DNA from: Truepera sp.
GTDB taxonomy: Bacteria > Deinococcota > Deinococci > Deinococcales > Trueperaceae
Assembly: GCA_965218435.1 (NCBI GenBank)
Contig: CBDCKW010000009.1
Coordinates: 2,304,001-2,368,000 of the forward strand
Direction: 5' to 3'
Length of the DNA: 64,000 nt
Shown here: piece after piece, positions 60,199 through 64,000 of the stretch
How the letters are laid out: each line of letters starts with the position of its first letter
How positions within the stretch are numbered: position 1 is the first letter of the stretch
The notes under the pieces: model-generated
Databases searched by the model: none
Told to the model about the DNA's origin: nothing
Seen by the model: the letters and a program-made list of their open reading frames with translations, nothing else
Program-made: the position numbers and the translations under genes

Positions 60199-61467
60199 CT
60201 AGTACAAGATAATAAAGTCGAGGTCGGCAGGTCCGGCGACAAAGATGTTTTCGCGTGCCACTGCGCCGACCGTCACCGGGCCGGAAAGCCGTGCGAGCGA
60301 CGCGACAAACGCGTCTATATCGGCTTCGGTCGGGGCAGGACGAATCTGCTCGAACAGCCCGATACGCTGCAGGCGGTTGACGCTCGCTTGGGTCAGGCGG
60401 GCGACCTCGGCGCGGAGGCTCGAGCGGCTGACCGGTGCGCCGCTGCCCCCGGCGTAAAGCTGACGGCTGGCGATGAGCTGACCGCGCTCTAAAAGCTTAC
60501 GGTTGACGTACGCTTCGACTTTAACCATAACTTTAGCCCCACCGACAAAATTGTCTGCCGCTAGCAGCACGACCAAATCTTCGCCAGGCGTTGCAGCAAT
60601 CGCGCCGATCAAACTGTTGAGCTGATCGGTGTTGAGTTCAACGTCGCTGGCCCCGCGCTGGATAGCAGCACTTTGTGCGCCTGCGACAAACTGTTGCAGC
60701 GCAGCTGAAATCGCCGTGATGTTTTGGGCGCTGATCAGGTCACTGTAGACGATTTCGTTTTGGCGGTAGGTGAGTTCACTGCCGCTCGCCGCCTCAAACT
60801 GTGCGAGCGTATCGCGGAGGTTTTGCGCTTCGCGTTCACTTCTGACGCGGAGCGCCTGCAGCTCTTCGTTAAGCGTGACGACCTGCGTTTGCAGGTCGTT
60901 AAAGGTTCCTTGGATGGCGGCATTTTGGGCGCTGAGCCGGGTGTTCTGGGCGCCGAGCGACTCGTTGGCGAGTGCGAGTTCAGCATTGTTTTCTTCTAAC
61001 GCTGCGCTGTCTCTTTTTAGACGTTCTTGCTGGTCACTTAAAGCTTTAAGCTCAGCTAAGGTGCGCTCGCGGATACGGAGCGCCGCGTCCCGTGCGGCCC
61101 TAGCCCGATCTTTGGCCACTTCAGCGTCGTCAATGGTCGCTCTCGCCCGCACCAATTCTTCTTGGGTCGTGGTGACCTGCTGCTCGAGCCTCTCCTGCTG
61201 TACCCTTAAGTCGCCGAGTTCGCGGGCCGTTTGCTGTGACCTTAACAGCACCCCGGTCGCGCCGCGAAACGCCAAACTCAGGACGCCCATCGTACTGAGC
61301 ATAATCAGGACGCCCGCAACGATGCCGACGGCTTGCCCGGTACGCCGAGGTCGCCAACCAAAGACGCTGAGCCGCCGCCGCCCGACCCACGCCCCAAGCC
61401 GGTCGCCCGCATAGGCAATCACGCCTGCAAGCGCCAACAAGACGAAGAGCAAGAAGAGGGAAAACAC
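60199..61467 (-). CDS. DUF3084 domain coiled-coil membrane protein
   Basis: IAYAGDRLG..VGRRRLSVFGWRPRRT N-terminus followed by a long coiled coil. Confidence 0.85.
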   Translation of the reverse strand: MFSLFLLFVLLALAGVIAYAGDRLGAWVGRRRLSVFGWRPRRTGQAVGIVAGVLIMLSTMGVLSLAFRGATGVLLRSQQTARELGDLRVQQERLEQQVTTTQEELVRARATIDDAEVAKDRARAARDAALRIRERTLAELKALSDQQERLKRDSAALEENNAELALANESLGAQNTRLSAQNAAIQGTFNDLQTQVVTLNEELQALRVRSEREAQNLRDTLAQFEAASGSELTYRQNEIVYSDLISAQNITAISAALQQFVAGAQSAAIQRGASDVELNTDQLNSLIGAIAATPGEDLVVLLAADNFVGGAKVMVKVEAYVNRKLLERGQLIASRQLYAGGSGAPVSRSSLRAEVARLTQASVNRLQRIGLFEQIRPAPTEADIDAFVASLARLSGPVTVGAVARENIFVAGPADLDFIILY

Positions 61468-61481
61468 CGCCCCGCCCGCGC

Positions 61482-62258
61482 TTAAAGTTGAAAGTCGGTG
61501 CCTAGATAATGCGTCCGGACGCTCTCATCTGCTGCAAACGCGTCGGGTGTCCCCTCGAACAAGACCTTCCCGTCAAACATCAGGTAGACCCGGTCGGCAA
61601 TTGAAAGCGTCTCACGGACGCTGTGGTCGGTTAGCAAAACGCCCAAGCCGCGCCGTTCGCGCAGGTCGGCGATTAAAAGCTGAATCTCGCGGATATTTTT
61701 GGGGTCCACGCCGGTAAACGGTTCGTCGAGCAAGATAAAATCCGGGTTGGTGGTCAGGCTGCGGGCAATCTCGAGCCGCCGCCTCTCACCCCCCGAAAGC
61801 GTATCGGCCCGGTGCTGCGCGAGCCGGGACAACCCGAACTCTTCTAACAGCCCATCCGCCCGCCGGTCTTGCTCGGCTTTAGAAAGCTTTTGAAACTCTA
61901 AAATCGCCATCAGGTTATCGCGCACTGAAAGTTTACGAAACGCGCTCGGCTCTTGCGCCAAGTAGCCCAGCCCGCGCCGCGCCCGTTTGTACATCGGCCA
62001 ACCCGTAATCGTCTCACCGCCCAGCGTGATACGCCCCGAGTTGGGCCGGACAAACCCCACCATCATATAAAACGAGGTCGTTTTACCCGCTCCGTTGGGG
62101 CCTAAGAGCGCGACGATTTCGCCGCGCTCGAGGTTAAAACTCACGCCGCCCACGACCGTTCGGCCGCCGTAGCGTTTAACGAGCGAGTCGGCCTCGAGTC
62201 TCAGGATTTCACGTTTGGGGGGCGGAACACTTACAACAGACGGAACTGTTACAGACAT
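61482..62258 (-). CDS. lptB: LptB-type ABC ATPase
   Basis: [49 protein letters not shown]. Confidence 0.92.
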   Translation of the reverse strand: MSVTVPSVVSVPPPKREILRLEADSLVKRYGGRTVVGGVSFNLERGEIVALLGPNGAGKTTSFYMMVGFVRPNSGRITLGGETITGWPMYKRARRGLGYLAQEPSAFRKLSVRDNLMAILEFQKLSKAEQDRRADGLLEEFGLSRLAQHRADTLSGGERRRLEIARSLTTNPDFILLDEPFTGVDPKNIREIQLLIADLRERRGLGVLLTDHSVRETLSIADRVYLMFDGKVLFEGTPDAFAADESVRTHYLGTDFQL

Positions 62259-62309
62259 AGGCTGATGCTATCACGCGGGCTGTGAGAAACTTTCCCCAGC
62301 TGCCTTTTA

Positions 62310-63080
62310 CTAGAGATGGCTAGCCAAGAAGCTATCCCACGAAGCAGCTTCGGATGCTGGGATCTCAAGATGCCCCCCAGGATTGATGTGCATTGACTTT
62401 TCTCGGCTGCCAAGAGCATTAAAGAGCGCCAACCCATAGTCTCGCTCACGGATGGCATCATCCCATTGAAAAGTAAATCGTAATGGGATCGTAATTTTTT
62501 GGGCAGCCAACCTCAACTTAGTATGTTTGGGGTGCAGTTGCGCGAGACCTAAGACAGCACATTTGAAACGTTTGTCTGCTGCGAGTAAGGGAATACCAAT
62601 GCTACTACCTTGAGAAACGCCCCAATAAGCCATCGGGATGTGGATAGCAATAGTGTTTGAATCAAGTACAGCGTCTAACACAGCTTGCCACTCCGGGACC
62701 ACTTGCGCCGCAAGGTCGTCTAAATACTTAATCTTTTCCTCTACACTCATCGGTGGTGCAATAGGCTCTCCTTTGACTCGAGCCAAAGTTCTGGCTTGTG
62801 CTAACGCTGCCTCTTCCGAGCTTATACGGTCACCGTGTTTCGGCGCGTCAACCGCAAGGGTAGCCCAACCAAAATCCTTGGCGTAACGTACCGCACGTGT
62901 ACGAATAGTTTCACTTTTCCTGTTTTGAGAGCCCCCATGCCCCATCGCAATGAGCGCACACGGTGTGATACTTGGTAAGGGAGTCCAAAGAACACTTGGG
63001 ACTGTTTCACCTGCTACAGCAACGTCGAAGTCATGTTGAACAACACCGCCGTTTATAGCTTTGACTCTCTTGAATTCCAT
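62310..63080 (-). CDS. Alpha/beta hydrolase (dienelactone-hydrolase-like; AT-richer accessory gene)
   Basis: MGHGGSQ, DAPKHGDR, WGVSQG, QWDD, NPGGH. Confidence 0.82.
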   Translation of the reverse strand: MEFKRVKAINGGVVQHDFDVAVAGETVPSVLWTPLPSITPCALIAMGHGGSQNRKSETIRTRAVRYAKDFGWATLAVDAPKHGDRISSEEAALAQARTLARVKGEPIAPPMSVEEKIKYLDDLAAQVVPEWQAVLDAVLDSNTIAIHIPMAYWGVSQGSSIGIPLLAADKRFKCAVLGLAQLHPKHTKLRLAAQKITIPLRFTFQWDDAIRERDYGLALFNALGSREKSMHINPGGHLEIPASEAASWDSFLASHL

Positions 63081-63153
63081 CTCCCTCAACCCATCCACTT
63101 ATCCGCTAAGTAACCGGCAAATAGGGCAAATAGATAGAGCGACTCAAAAAGAC

Positions 63154-64000
<847 letters not shown>

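Noticed and set aside
60770..61414. Long antisense or alternate-frame ORFs (also 20268..20888, 26899..27441, 37568..38152)
   Set aside because: They are shadows of well-supported genes in GC-rich DNA.

Overview
Bacterial chromosomal DNA of roughly 55-60% GC (estimated by eye), probably from the Deinococcota (Trueperaceae-like). The taxonomy is inferred from futalosine-pathway mqnD, a short GidA-like gene, a split glutaminase+NadE, lptB-DUF3084 and pervasive leaderless-type starts. Core genes (infC-rpmI-rplT, typA, scpA, treZ-treY/glgX, galK, deoC + double-domain ALDH, fni, nadE, mscL, lptB, partial tyrS) are interleaved with single AT-richer accessory genes, three toxin-antitoxin pairs, a HEPN (RxxxxH) protein and several decaying pseudogenes. 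I found no rRNA, tRNA, CRISPR array, integrase or transposase. The main signals are: (1) the palindrome CTCGAG is highly iterated (hand count about 25 in 1-10 kb and about 23 in 10-20 kb, versus about 3 per 10 kb expected); (2) CTCGAG sits exactly at apparent acquisition junctions, most clearly at 34762-35516, where a TA module lies between two copies of the cax 3' end whose five substitutions are all synonymous, pointing to a HIP1-like, recombinase-free gene-acquisition system; (3) a chain of five GTGA-coupled mini-ORFs feeds a UbiA-like gene; (4) infC and two toxin-like genes appear to start with ATA. All mechanistic interpretations are inference.
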